Part shown: one piece after another, positions 1 to 9,550 of the stretch
How positions within the stretch are numbered: the first letter of the stretch is position 1
Layout: each line of letters opens with the position of its first letter
IMG/VR virus record: IMGVR_UViG_3300003690_000003
Span: 64,001 to 128,000 of that record
DNA: 64,000 nt
Source of the DNA: a virus
Direction: 5' to 3' (one strand)
Translations under genes and position numbers: made by a program
Notes under the pieces: generated by a model
The model's database searches: none
Seen by the model: the letters and a program-made list of their open reading frames with translations, nothing else
Told to the model about the DNA's origin: nothing

Positions 1-798
1 AATCGTTAAGCCAAAGCTTACTTCCACATGAGTGGGAACTAAAGCTAGCTGGCCATTTCTATCAATAAGGCGCGTCACGTTGAGCTCACCTCCTCGTATC
101 CCTGCTGTATACGTAAGATATTTAAATGAATCCACAATCGCTAGTAAACCCTCCGTCGTAGCACCAGGAGATGTATTTCTCATGAGATTTAGGTTTCCCC
201 CTGATGCATTGCTTAATCTAAAACGCAAAAGAGGGGGTGCTACCAATGTCCCTGTGCCCATCTTTTTACCATCAGCCGTCTGATAAACCGGATACATAAA
301 CTTAGCCAAGTCTCCAACTGCCTTTAGCATCCCATCTGTTTGAGAGGGATCCCCTAAAATATCTATAGTCCATGCAAAGTCAACCGTACGAGTGGTTCCT
401 TGATAAGTGGCAACAGGATCCATGCGGCCGTATACATTTTCTTTATGGAATCTGGGCAAGAAGTTGTCGGTAAAAGTAGCTAGCGCTCCTGGCAGTTTAA
501 GGTTTTTCTTTAAAGCCACATATTCAATAGTTAAAATATCCGGGTTAAACTTTGTCGTTTTGAGTGTATCGGTTGGACTGTATTCGAACTGCGAAGCAAG
601 AAGGGCCTGCGCTTGTTCGATCGAATGTACATCATCAGCATCACGAGCCGATCGTTTGAGGTCCTCTAGTTCATTCCATGACCACGTTACTTTACCGCCA
701 CTCCAGTGCCCGGCAATGTCGAAAAGCCCTTTGGAACCATATTGCTTCTCCCAAAGGTCTTTAAGATTACCTGTTTCGCTTTTATTTCTGCCGCCCAT
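1..798 (-). CDS. Baseplate/tail-tube initiator-like protein (gp48/gp54-like), 3' end runs off window
   Basis: Not in ORF track. ATG at 798 with AGGA upstream; frame open to position 1 (MGGRNKSETG...FHKENVYGRMDPVATYQGTTRTVDFAW...FMYPVY...APPLLRFRL); YGRMDP motif and position right after the tape measure gene. Confidence 0.65.
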   Translation of the reverse strand, partial: MGGRNKSETGNLKDLWEKQYGSKGLFDIAGHWSGGKVTWSWNELEDLKRSARDADDVHSIEQAQALLASQFEYSPTDTLKTTKFNPDILTIEYVALKKNLKLPGALATFTDNFLPRFHKENVYGRMDPVATYQGTTRTVDFAWTIDILGDPSQTDGMLKAVGDLAKFMYPVYQTADGKKMGTGTLVAPPLLRFRLSNASGGNLNLMRNTSPGATTEGLLAIVDSFKYLTYTAGIRGGELNVTRLIDRNGQLALVPTHVEVSFGLTI

Positions 799-807
799 TT
801 TAATCCT

Positions 808-3225
808 TTAGCTAAGTACTCCGAGCTGCTGGTCCACTTTATTAACGGCGAACTCCCCAACTACGTTGCCATCAAGTTCAATAACGATAGGCTGCTGAGA
901 GCCCCCGCCACCTTGACCCATATTATCTAGTCGCATAGACAAATTTAGGATCGCATCTTTTAACTCTCCCATTCCGGCGGCGCCTCCTCCACCAAGCATG
1001 TCTTCGGTGCCCTTATTATTTACTACGGTTCCACTTTGTGTGGGTACCACCACCTCGCGGCCCTCTTCGCCTACGAGATATGGCTGGTCTGCCTCTACGG
1101 GACCCCCGAGTTGCCGTCGTGGGATGCTCTGTGCTTTGGTGGCGGCACTGTATATGCCGGCGGCAAAGACGCCTAAGCCGGCAGCAGCAACCATCGGGCC
1201 GGCCACCGGGCCAAGGAGGGCTGCCATGGGGCCCCACTTCATAGCCGCAATGGCTACGGCGAGGCCTGCGAATGCCGCTGTAGCCCCGTAGGCCCAGTGT
1301 TTTGTGTTCTTCAACAGGGCATTTACAGCCACAAAGCCTAGCGTTGCGGCGCCTAGCACCCCTACAAGCTGACCAAACGACGTACTTAGTACCCTAACGG
1401 GGCCGGCCGCAGCGGCGGCGCCGGTGCCGGCCGCCTGAGTTAGACCTACGTGTCGAGCCATGATGGGTTGAGACGCCAGCAACTCGATGCGACGGTGAGC
1501 CTCTGCTAAGGTTAATCGCCTAGTTGACGCGGTAGCCATATTGTTAGCACGAGACAGACCACCCAAAGCTGTAATGTTTCTACCAGTCAAAGCAAGAAGG
1601 AGTTGTTCCATCGCTTGAGAGGCTACTCTGGCGCGCCTGAAATTCCGAATCGCTAATGTAGCCGGAATAACGGCCGCAGTTAAACTCATAAACCATTTAC
1701 CACCAGGTAAGCTAGTAAGATAAGCGATTCCCGAGGCTATGTTAGACACCAAATCTACCAGAGGTTCTACCGCAATCGCAAGTCCGTATGCAGCCATCTG
1801 CAACTTCCTCATAGCAGATTGTGCCTCTATAGCGCGGTCCTCCAAAGCTTTTTGGCTTGCCGCAACTTCTGCAAACTGCCGGCTTGTGCCTCCAAAGAGC
1901 TGCGCAGCTACAGTCATGTCTCTAATGCCAGCCGCGGTCGCGATTGTTTGTCTTTCGTGACGACTAAGACTCTCCCACATCATGCCCGACAAAGATAAAG
2001 ATTCTCGCAGGGCTTGAATACGCTGAGTTTCAGTCATATACACCATTTCGATGGCATTCAGGTAGGGACCCCCCAAGATGGCATTTAAACGCCCTACGGC
2101 GCGCCCTGCGCTGTCAAACTCATCGAACTGCTTAGCTATGCTTATAAGCTGAGACATGTTAAGGCCTGTATTCTTTGCCTGGGCAGAAAGGCCCATGAAT
2201 ACTTCAGTCATTCCTGCGCCATATTTTGCCAGCTCACTAGAAGCGGCTTGCCAATCTCTAAAGATTACTTGTGGAGGCACTTTAAGTGCTTTCGCCAATC
2301 CGAAAAGTTTATTGCTCAAAGAAATCGAGTCCGCCGCCGACAAACGTAATCCTTTATCCATAAAGTTAAAAGCCTGTGCAGCGGTTTGAGAATCTACCCC
2401 TACCTGTTTAAGCAGTCCCACTTGACGCTGGAGGGCCATGGCGGTAGTGGGAAGCAAATGAGAGAAAGAAGCCATCGATGTATACAAAGTATTGGTCACT
2501 TCACCAGACTCTTTAATACCCATACCGTACTGAAGGTTTGCTCGGTGTACCGCGTAAGTTTGGCGCGCTAAATCGTTCATTCCGGACGCGGTGCCGGCGA
2601 TCCTATGTACCGCAGCGGCCATGTTATCGTATTCCAGCGCAGCCTTCATTGAAATCTCGGCTATCTTCATCCATGTAGACATGAGAGTGTCAGAAGTATT
2701 AAGTGAGCTACGGAGGCCAGCGCTGACGCCTTTGAGACTTCCTCCGAAAGCGATCGATCCTACTAAACTTTTCTTCCACGCATCACTAATGCCTAGTGTG
2801 GTTCGAACAGCTCTCTGTGTTGCTGCTACGGTGTTCTCCGTGGCTTGCCGGCCTTGTTTAGCCAGGTTGAGAGTCATCGTACGTTGTTTAACCTCATCCG
2901 CCAGCCCTTGCTGTATGCGTTCACCGAGCTCAGCCAGTCTACCGGTCTCCGCGACTGTCAAGCTCGTTGCAGTTCGAAGTCGATTGTACTCAGCCACCTG
3001 TGCCTGCATTTTTTCTAGCACTTGTTGTTCGGCCTGAATAGCGTTACGATTTAGTTCTAAATTCTTTTGTACTATTAATCTTGCTTTGTCGGCAATCCCA
3101 GATTGCCGCTCAAGAATTCTGATTTCACTAGCAAGGGCAGCGGCTCTCTGCTTATAAAGATCTAAATGTCTTTCTAGAAGTGCACTTAAACGCTCAGCAC
3201 TCGCAATGTCATCTCCGGCTGCCAT
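808..3225 (-). CDS. Tail tape measure protein
   Basis: 805 aa, Ala/Leu-rich and helical, hydrophobic segments near the C-terminus, C-terminal RQLGGPV...YLVGEEGREVVVP...GTVV motif typical of TMPs; downstream of tube and chaperone genes. Confidence 0.85.
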   Translation of the reverse strand: MAAGDDIASAERLSALLERHLDLYKQRAAALASEIRILERQSGIADKARLIVQKNLELNRNAIQAEQQVLEKMQAQVAEYNRLRTATSLTVAETGRLAELGERIQQGLADEVKQRTMTLNLAKQGRQATENTVAATQRAVRTTLGISDAWKKSLVGSIAFGGSLKGVSAGLRSSLNTSDTLMSTWMKIAEISMKAALEYDNMAAAVHRIAGTASGMNDLARQTYAVHRANLQYGMGIKESGEVTNTLYTSMASFSHLLPTTAMALQRQVGLLKQVGVDSQTAAQAFNFMDKGLRLSAADSISLSNKLFGLAKALKVPPQVIFRDWQAASSELAKYGAGMTEVFMGLSAQAKNTGLNMSQLISIAKQFDEFDSAGRAVGRLNAILGGPYLNAIEMVYMTETQRIQALRESLSLSGMMWESLSRHERQTIATAAGIRDMTVAAQLFGGTSRQFAEVAASQKALEDRAIEAQSAMRKLQMAAYGLAIAVEPLVDLVSNIASGIAYLTSLPGGKWFMSLTAAVIPATLAIRNFRRARVASQAMEQLLLALTGRNITALGGLSRANNMATASTRRLTLAEAHRRIELLASQPIMARHVGLTQAAGTGAAAAAGPVRVLSTSFGQLVGVLGAATLGFVAVNALLKNTKHWAYGATAAFAGLAVAIAAMKWGPMAALLGPVAGPMVAAAGLGVFAAGIYSAATKAQSIPRRQLGGPVEADQPYLVGEEGREVVVPTQSGTVVNNKGTEDMLGGGGAAGMGELKDAILNLSMRLDNMGQGGGGSQQPIVIELDGNVVGEFAVNKVDQQLGVLS

Positions 3226-3239
3226 GAGTCGTGGTTATC

Positions 3240-3590
3240 CTATTTGAAAGGCCACTTAATGCCAGTTTCTCTTTCAAAGTTGGCAACAGCGCCCTCAAGT
3301 TTGTGGCGACTACTAAAGCTTCGAGGATCATTAAGTCCATACTTTAGAAACGTTTCCATGTATCTCTTTTCTTGGGAAAGGGCATCTCCGAAAGATGCTA
3401 TTTGTGAAGGGGTCCCGCGTACCACTGTGCTCACTACATCTGTGTGCCCAAACATCTGAGTTAACAGTGTTTCTATGGCTCCCCCAAGCATTGTAAGAAA
3501 GCTCTCATTAAGCTCTCCTTCCTTGACAGCATTTAAATTAACAGTTGTAGGAACCAGCTCTTCATTATTCATGACATGCAAACCTCGCAC
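3240..3590 (-). CDS. Hypothetical phage protein (true start possibly 3572)
   Basis: 116-aa ORF fitting the gap, GAGG upstream of ATG 3572, promoter-like motif at 3601. Confidence 0.7.
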   Translation of the reverse strand: MRGLHVMNNEELVPTTVNLNAVKEGELNESFLTMLGGAIETLLTQMFGHTDVVSTVVRGTPSQIASFGDALSQEKRYMETFLKYGLNDPRSFSSRHKLEGAVANFERETGIKWPFK

Positions 3591-3600
3591 TTGTGCAGAA

Positions 3601-3608
3601 TAATTAGT
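3601..3608 (-). promoter_or_regulatory. Late-promoter-like motif ACTAATTA
   Basis: Recurrent intergenic CTAWWTA motif on the coding strand. Confidence 0.55.
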
Positions 3609-3619
3609 CTTAAAAATAA

Positions 3620-3860
3620 TTAAAGCTTAGGTACTTTAACCCCGGGGCCCAATTGGGTTCTTCCCGCGCTTGATGGCTGGTTTACTTCTTCCATTGCCTC
3701 TTGTTCATCTTTTTTCTGCCTTAAGAGGCGCGCCAAAAACCACTCCCTTAATTTAATAGGTAAATTATATGCTTCTGTAAAGCTCCAGCCGCCATGATAT
3801 TTTAATACGAAGAACTGTTCATAAACGTTCTCCATATACTCAGAGCTGAGGCCAAAAAAA
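3620..3860 (-). CDS. Tail assembly chaperone second frame (gpT-like), probably reached by +1 frameshift
   Basis: Frame open across the U7 run (FFGLSSEYMENVYEQFFVLKYHGGWSFTEAYNLPIKLREWF); overlaps the end of the upstream gene; lies between tube and TMP genes. Confidence 0.65.
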
Positions 3861-4715
3861 GTCGGCTGTAAAGGGAAAGTTAATGTCGTCCTCGTGGTCA
3901 CACTGACTACAGACGAACTCCTTTCGTAGCTCCGTGTTGGGCATTACTTTTTGATAAGTTTCTCTTAAAAATCTGGTATCAGTTAACGTCATAGTCTCCG
4001 CAAACTTTTCTAGTAGCTCACGTTCCGTATAATCATTAACTGACACTATCATCAACTTAAGGTGATCAGTGATTAGGCTTTCTCCTTGTTTCTTTTTCTT
4101 GTGTCTTTCGGTCTGCCTAAGTAAAAAGTTTTCTTCTTTTCCTGTTAGCATTCTAAATTCTACAGCCACTGGATTCTTTGGAAGTTGCACCACAAAGTTG
4201 TTTCTCTCATTGATCTCAATCCCTGCCTCCTGTAACTCTTCTTCAGTAAAGCAATGCGTCATTGTAGCCTCTTCTAAATTGAAATCATGTGTTTCGACTT
4301 CGCCGCAGGAGGGACATGTAATGGTTGTAACATAATCAGCTCCGTAGCCCGACTTACGAGCAGCGATCAGAATAGCATTTCGGTCACCACTTAAAAGCGC
4401 TTCTGGCTTAATCCGCTTATCCACTATAAGATTAGTCATTAAACGCTCTAAGGCCAGCCCTTTTTCTAGAAGACTTTGAGAAGTTAAAATATCTTCTTCC
4501 TTAGCGGTCATATATTTAATCTCAATAGTCTCTTGCCCGTAGAGGGGATGAGTAGTAGGATAAAACTCCCCTCGACTCGGAAGCTCCACAAACTCGGTCG
4601 GAACTACAAAAGAAAACGGATCGCTCTGAGCGGTAGTATCTTGTGTAATCGACGCGGGAGGATCTAAATCGGGCTGTTGTGCCGAAAATCGGTCTTCATT
4701 ATTACGAACTGACAA
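3840..4715 (-). CDS. Baseplate hub assembly / tail assembly chaperone (T4 gp26-like)
   Basis: VELPSRGEFY, IKYMTAKEEDIL, two CxxC pairs (CPSC, CSQC), C-terminal FFWP. Confidence 0.75.
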   Translation of the reverse strand: MSVRNNEDRFSAQQPDLDPPASITQDTTAQSDPFSFVVPTEFVELPSRGEFYPTTHPLYGQETIEIKYMTAKEEDILTSQSLLEKGLALERLMTNLIVDKRIKPEALLSGDRNAILIAARKSGYGADYVTTITCPSCGEVETHDFNLEEATMTHCFTEEELQEAGIEINERNNFVVQLPKNPVAVEFRMLTGKEENFLLRQTERHKKKKQGESLITDHLKLMIVSVNDYTERELLEKFAETMTLTDTRFLRETYQKVMPNTELRKEFVCSQCDHEDDINFPFTADFFWPQL

Positions 4716-4776
4716 AAGTCACCTCTCTTTCAAATATAATTATATCACTAAATAAGTTTTTTTTAAATTATTATTT

Positions 4777-5838
4777 CTACCCGGAGCCGCGGCGAGGGCC
4801 AGCGCCCGGAATGACCGGATCGGGCTGCGAGTTCTGGCTACGTCGTACTTCACGCAAGCCCGAGCTAATCTCTGGGGGTGTACGCCCCTGCTCGCGCCAA
4901 TTCTCCCGAAGATTCTGACGAACTCCCCGGACTTCCTGGCGCTGCTCACGGCGCTGGGCGCGCTCCCCACGACGTTGTTGCCGGCGCAGTCGGCGCCGAT
5001 CTCTGGCCGATATCGGCGCAGAAGGATCATCAGCTAGAGCCTCTGCTTCCTGGGTATCTTGTGTCACAACATCATAATCATAACTATCGTATACTATTTC
5101 GAGCGATACCGTCGAAAGTTCCCTATCCTGGGCATAACTATAAGTTCCAAAGTCTACAGAAGATATGTAGGGATTTTTCAAAATCCATCGCCGCGCGGTC
5201 ATAAATCTAGTTCCATGTTCTGGCTTCACCTGTTGGCCCCCTTCAGCAATCGCTTCGAGCGTCTTGGTGGCCGTAGGGGGAATGGCGCTTAAAAACTCAA
5301 TAATATGAAACTCGTTCGGTGTTGAAGTATTGTGAAAAGGAATTAATTTACCAGGAGTAAAGTGCTGTGCTACCCCATCTATCTGGTTAAAACTTCCCGG
5401 GAGCGTTTGATTGATATCTCCATAAGCATAAAGATAGGCAGTAAGTGTAGAAGCTAGATCGTGACTATACGTATCAATAAGATCGATTTTTATAGGACTA
5501 AACTCATAAGTGGTGGCTTGATTGGGACGTATTATAGGATGCGATGTGGCGCCACCCGGAGTAACTTTATACACTTCTGTTTGAAAACCAGGCTTTGTAC
5601 AAGAGACTGCTAAAAACTGAAAATATTTATCCGCACCGTATCGATTTGTTATATTTAAAGCCGCGGGGTCTACTGGCCCCGCCAAACCGCGCGTAAGCAC
5701 TTTAGAAATCATAGTTAAGCTATTATCACGCGTTCCGTAACTAAGTGGTTTAGGGACATATACGGGGAAGGGCACCACAAAGCGAAATCCACGCTTTGGC
5801 TCTACCCTTGGATCACTCCAACCGCCCCAAAAAGGCAT
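4777..5838 (-). CDS. Tail tube-like paralog with Arg-rich C-terminal extension
   Basis: Shares EPKR.FRF, W.L.NP.I.SV.FG...Y and LE/TL.YD motifs with the adjacent tube gene. Confidence 0.65.
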   Translation of the reverse strand: MPFWGGWSDPRVEPKRGFRFVVPFPVYVPKPLSYGTRDNSLTMISKVLTRGLAGPVDPAALNITNRYGADKYFQFLAVSCTKPGFQTEVYKVTPGGATSHPIIRPNQATTYEFSPIKIDLIDTYSHDLASTLTAYLYAYGDINQTLPGSFNQIDGVAQHFTPGKLIPFHNTSTPNEFHIIEFLSAIPPTATKTLEAIAEGGQQVKPEHGTRFMTARRWILKNPYISSVDFGTYSYAQDRELSTVSLEIVYDSYDYDVVTQDTQEAEALADDPSAPISARDRRRLRRQQRRGERAQRREQRQEVRGVRQNLRENWREQGRTPPEISSGLREVRRSQNSQPDPVIPGAGPRRGSG

Positions 5839-5848
5839 TATTTAATCC

Positions 5849-6400
5849 TTAGCCAGCAGCGACGCCGGGCTCAGTGCTGTAGCTGGCCCAATCATAACGC
5901 AGTGTAATATTAATAGTCTGAAGTTCCTCAGAGGTGTAGTCCAAATCCCCAAAAGAGACGGATTTTATCCAAGGATTATGAAGCGTATATTTCCCGATGA
6001 TCCGGCCGTCGCCATCTAGCTCTTTGATTAGGACAGAACCATCCAGCGCTGCTACAGCGGCTCCTTTACTTATGGTACCCGCATCAGTCACTGAATTCCC
6101 AGAAGTGGAAACATTATCCGGACTTACATAACCGGATGTAGCAAGCATAATGTGCATTAAAGCATCAAAATCAGGCGTCATGGAGTTAATCAAAGTACAG
6201 CTCACATCGCTCCAAGTAATCGCTGATGGATAATAATATGTCTGTCCTAAAAACTTGTGTTCGCTCTGACCGATATCAAAGGATGGCTTGCTTACATTAC
6301 GCGCATATACCTGTGTAGTAGTTCCATCCGGTAACGTAAACTCAAACAAAAACCGATGTGAACGCTTCGGTTCTATATTAGCATTACTCCAAAAAGCCAT
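5849..6400 (-). CDS. Tail tube protein (gp19-like)
   Basis: 183 aa directly after sheath; EPKRSHRF, ITWSDV, NPWIKSVSFGDLDY, ITLRYDWA. Confidence 0.85.
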   Translation of the reverse strand: MAFWSNANIEPKRSHRFLFEFTLPDGTTTQVYARNVSKPSFDIGQSEHKFLGQTYYYPSAITWSDVSCTLINSMTPDFDALMHIMLATSGYVSPDNVSTSGNSVTDAGTISKGAAVAALDGSVLIKELDGDGRIIGKYTLHNPWIKSVSFGDLDYTSEELQTINITLRYDWASYSTEPGVAAG

Positions 6401-6422
6401 TTTTATATTCTCCCGTACATTT

Positions 6423-6430
6423 TAAATAGT
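6423..6430 (-). promoter_or_regulatory. Late-promoter-like motif ACTATTTA upstream of tube gene
   Basis: Recurrent motif; upstream context TGGATTTGC resembles that at 9512. Confidence 0.55.
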
Positions 6431-6457
6431 AAAGTACCGCAAATCCACCTTTTTTTA

Positions 6458-9451
6458 TTAGTCATCGAACGATGCTCCGGTTCTGGTAATAACAAAGTCC
6501 AGAGCTATAAACTCGATCGCACGCGTGGGCTTCAAAAAGACCTTAGCATACATGATATTTCTATCAACGAGCTCGGGGGTAGTTGTGGTATCATCAAGAA
6601 TGACACGATACTCTGCCAAACCATATCGGTTCTTCACAGCCATTAAAAGAGGCTCTACCTGGCCCAAGAAACGATCCCAAGTTACTTGAATATTGGGATC
6701 AAACAAGATTCTAGTTGAAATTCTAGAAATCGACTTCTTGAGGAAGATAAGCAGTCGACGAACATTAATCCGATCAAGTGCAGACGGTGTCGCCTGCAGA
6801 GTCTTCTGCCCGAAGACCACAATGCCTTCAGCCGGGAAACTCGCAATGGGATTAATATTACGCTCATACAGCTGGTCACGTTGCTTGCTCGTTAATCGAT
6901 CAACAACGTTAGTTACCGGCATGCCCGCCGCACCTTGACTAAGGCCCCCGCGGTTGAAGCCGGCAGGAGCAAACCACAGCTCAGAAACAGCCTCAGAACT
7001 TGCGTACGTGCCTAGAGCGGCCACAGAAGGTGGCACCCATACACGTTGACCCGTTAGGGTATCGCGCACTTGTACCCAAGGATAGTAACATGCTCCATAA
7101 CTATTGTTGAAAGCGCGCTGTTTAATATACGTAACAGTGTTACTAACATTTCCGGCTCTACTAGAGAATGCATCGGTGTTTTCTGCAGCTGGCAAAAAGC
7201 CACCTTCAAGATCGATAATCGCTAGTGTGTCGGCCCGGGCTTCCGCAACCGTAAGCATATGACTAGTAAGAGTCCGCGCAGTCATGCCGGGAACTGTCAG
7301 GAGATTAATGTCTACCTGGTCAGGATCCCCAACCGCGTCGACACCCCGCTGTGCAGTATAAAGCATAGCGTAGTTGTTTACGCTTCTTGTCTCGCCTGCG
7401 CCTCCTAGAGCGCGCGTGTTGTTGAACGGATCAGCTTCACCAATATCGAAGCCATCAAAACCGCCGGCCATGGGCACTACAAATCGATTATAATCGAGAT
7501 CTAGAACAGCCTCATACGAAGCGCTGACCGCGGTAATAGAAGTGCCTTTCCTTCGGGCGCCCTGGTGTGTACCGGGCGAGGACTCAATATATCCAAAGCC
7601 AGAGCCACTGTGAAACGCAGCATCCTGAGCACCGTTTAATACCAAGTTATCTAAAGAGAAGCCAGGTCCTCTCTCTGAAGGCCCCGTGGCAGGGGGATTG
7701 AGGCGGTTTAAAGAGGGGGGAGGCATGCGAACCAAGTCCACAATCGTTTTGTCCGGCACCAAAGATGTCCGCGTTGTCGTAGTCTGAAGTCCGAAGTAGG
7801 CGTCAGTGTCTAGAGACAAACCACCGTCAGAGGAAGACAGACGTAAAGGTAGCATTGGAAACTGTAGCGAAGCAGTTAGGGCAGCCGGGCCCATGTCGAC
7901 AACGGGGCCGCCGTCGCTTCGGATGTAGATAGGAGTGGCACCAAAAGATGAACTCATAATACTTCCACTACCCGCTGCAACACAATTAGTGTTGGTGGTG
8001 GCCACGCCGGCGGCGAGGTTGCCGGTTAGCGACAATGCCAAAAAGTTGGCCGAGCCTGAAATAATATTAAAGCCCTTATACTTTGGAACACCCTTAAAGC
8101 CGAAGGGGAGCCAGTCTTTGCCGGCTCGTCCCTGAGCGACATCAATATTCATATCCAGTCGAATATAGCGCGATTGATTGTCATATTCCCCGTAATAACG
8201 GAACTTCTTATTGGTACTATCCCAACTAGAATACTGATCACCGATTCGGCGCGCGATATAGTTAGGAGAATTAACATTAATATTAAGATTATTATATTCT
8301 TCGAGGACTATTGGATTATTATCCGTATCCTCCATGCGACGTATCTGAAGTGTGAAAGAGCCATAAGGTTCAAAAGAAGGGCTCATAGATGGCTTTATAT
8401 CTTTAAAGGCTATCTTAAGATGACTCTGGGCCCACTCAGCTTCATCGCGTGCTACCACACTAAACATTTCGCGAACACTTGTATTAATATTAAAGCTGCC
8501 ACTGGGACCTGGGTCTTGAGCAATGATCGGAGGAGTCTGCGGGATTTTATAAGTTGTTTGGAAAGCTGCCATGTTGGCTCGGGTACCTGAGAGCGAACCA
8601 CTTAGGCCTAGGATTACTCCATACTTGGCCTGGGTGGCACTAAAGCGGTCGCGAATAGTTCGATCAAAGGTTTCTCCTAGGAAATAGTACTCTAGACTGG
8701 AAGTCGTAGTAATAGCGTCGTTAACAAGCTGCGGATTTGTATTGAAAACCTTTCGAATATAACGCGAGCTAGTCTTATCAAAGTTAAACGAAGATTCTAC
8801 TTGTAGAGCACCCCCTATTGAAATTCTTATTTTTAGTTCTCCGTCAGTGGCACCACCAAGTGAGTTTAGCACTATCGCATTACCGGCAATCTCGGCGCCG
8901 TCGGCCCCCTCACTAGCGCGGGCTCCAACTAAAGCGATTCTGGCAGACGAACTAAGATAGAAAACTGCGGCCAAAGAACCCGTTAGTGCCGCGGAAGAGC
9001 CCGGTGTGGTGGGAGTGGAACCTGAACTAAATATAAATAGTCCATAAGGACCTCCTTTGGTGTCCTGTACAACTTCGGGATATATCCATCCCGGCTTTGA
9101 TACATTGCTGTCGTCGCCGGCGACCGGGCTTTGCTCACCAAGAAGTCTCACGATTGTGGCCGGCCCATTATTGGCTAAATAGGCCTGCGCGGCAAAGCCT
9201 GCGTACGTCGGAGCGGCACGATTGCCGTCTCTCCAAACATCGCCGGAACCACCACCGGCTATCGGGTTTCCAAAAATTTGAACAAACTCGTCAAACGAGT
9301 TAACCGTTGTTGGTACAAACGCGGGGCCGCGTGCTGTACGTCCGACAATGGCCGGGCCCGTCCGTACCACAGTTTGCTGAGGTACTTGGGATTGATCGAT
9401 TTCATTAATGAAAACACCGGGCGAAACGAATCTAAATCTATCTACAGACAT
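6458..9451 (-). CDS. Contractile tail sheath protein (gp18-like)
   Basis: SPGVFINEIDQS N-terminus; WFAPAGFNRG, INPIASFP, GQKTLQ, LDRINVRRLL, KPTRAIEFIALDF C-terminal core. Confidence 0.95.
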   Translation of the reverse strand: MSVDRFRFVSPGVFINEIDQSQVPQQTVVRTGPAIVGRTARGPAFVPTTVNSFDEFVQIFGNPIAGGGSGDVWRDGNRAAPTYAGFAAQAYLANNGPATIVRLLGEQSPVAGDDSNVSKPGWIYPEVVQDTKGGPYGLFIFSSGSTPTTPGSSAALTGSLAAVFYLSSSARIALVGARASEGADGAEIAGNAIVLNSLGGATDGELKIRISIGGALQVESSFNFDKTSSRYIRKVFNTNPQLVNDAITTTSSLEYYFLGETFDRTIRDRFSATQAKYGVILGLSGSLSGTRANMAAFQTTYKIPQTPPIIAQDPGPSGSFNINTSVREMFSVVARDEAEWAQSHLKIAFKDIKPSMSPSFEPYGSFTLQIRRMEDTDNNPIVLEEYNNLNINVNSPNYIARRIGDQYSSWDSTNKKFRYYGEYDNQSRYIRLDMNIDVAQGRAGKDWLPFGFKGVPKYKGFNIISGSANFLALSLTGNLAAGVATTNTNCVAAGSGSIMSSSFGATPIYIRSDGGPVVDMGPAALTASLQFPMLPLRLSSSDGGLSLDTDAYFGLQTTTTRTSLVPDKTIVDLVRMPPPSLNRLNPPATGPSERGPGFSLDNLVLNGAQDAAFHSGSGFGYIESSPGTHQGARRKGTSITAVSASYEAVLDLDYNRFVVPMAGGFDGFDIGEADPFNNTRALGGAGETRSVNNYAMLYTAQRGVDAVGDPDQVDINLLTVPGMTARTLTSHMLTVAEARADTLAIIDLEGGFLPAAENTDAFSSRAGNVSNTVTYIKQRAFNNSYGACYYPWVQVRDTLTGQRVWVPPSVAALGTYASSEAVSELWFAPAGFNRGGLSQGAAGMPVTNVVDRLTSKQRDQLYERNINPIASFPAEGIVVFGQKTLQATPSALDRINVRRLLIFLKKSISRISTRILFDPNIQVTWDRFLGQVEPLLMAVKNRYGLAEYRVILDDTTTTPELVDRNIMYAKVFLKPTRAIEFIALDFVITRTGASFDD

Positions 9452-9511
9452 TACTTGGCATCTCCTTCATCAAAAAAATTAAACACTTAATTTTTCGCAA
9501 GTTTTCTTAAG

Positions 9512-9519
9512 TAAATAGT
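9512..9519 (-). promoter_or_regulatory. Late-promoter-like motif ACTATTTA upstream of sheath gene
   Basis: Recurrent motif. Confidence 0.55.
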
Positions 9520-9550
9520 AAAGGGAAGCGGCAAAGTCCAACTATTATTA

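Noticed and set aside
9473-9495. AT-only hairpin in the sheath leader
   Set aside because: Weak all-A/T stem, likely by chance in an AT-rich spacer
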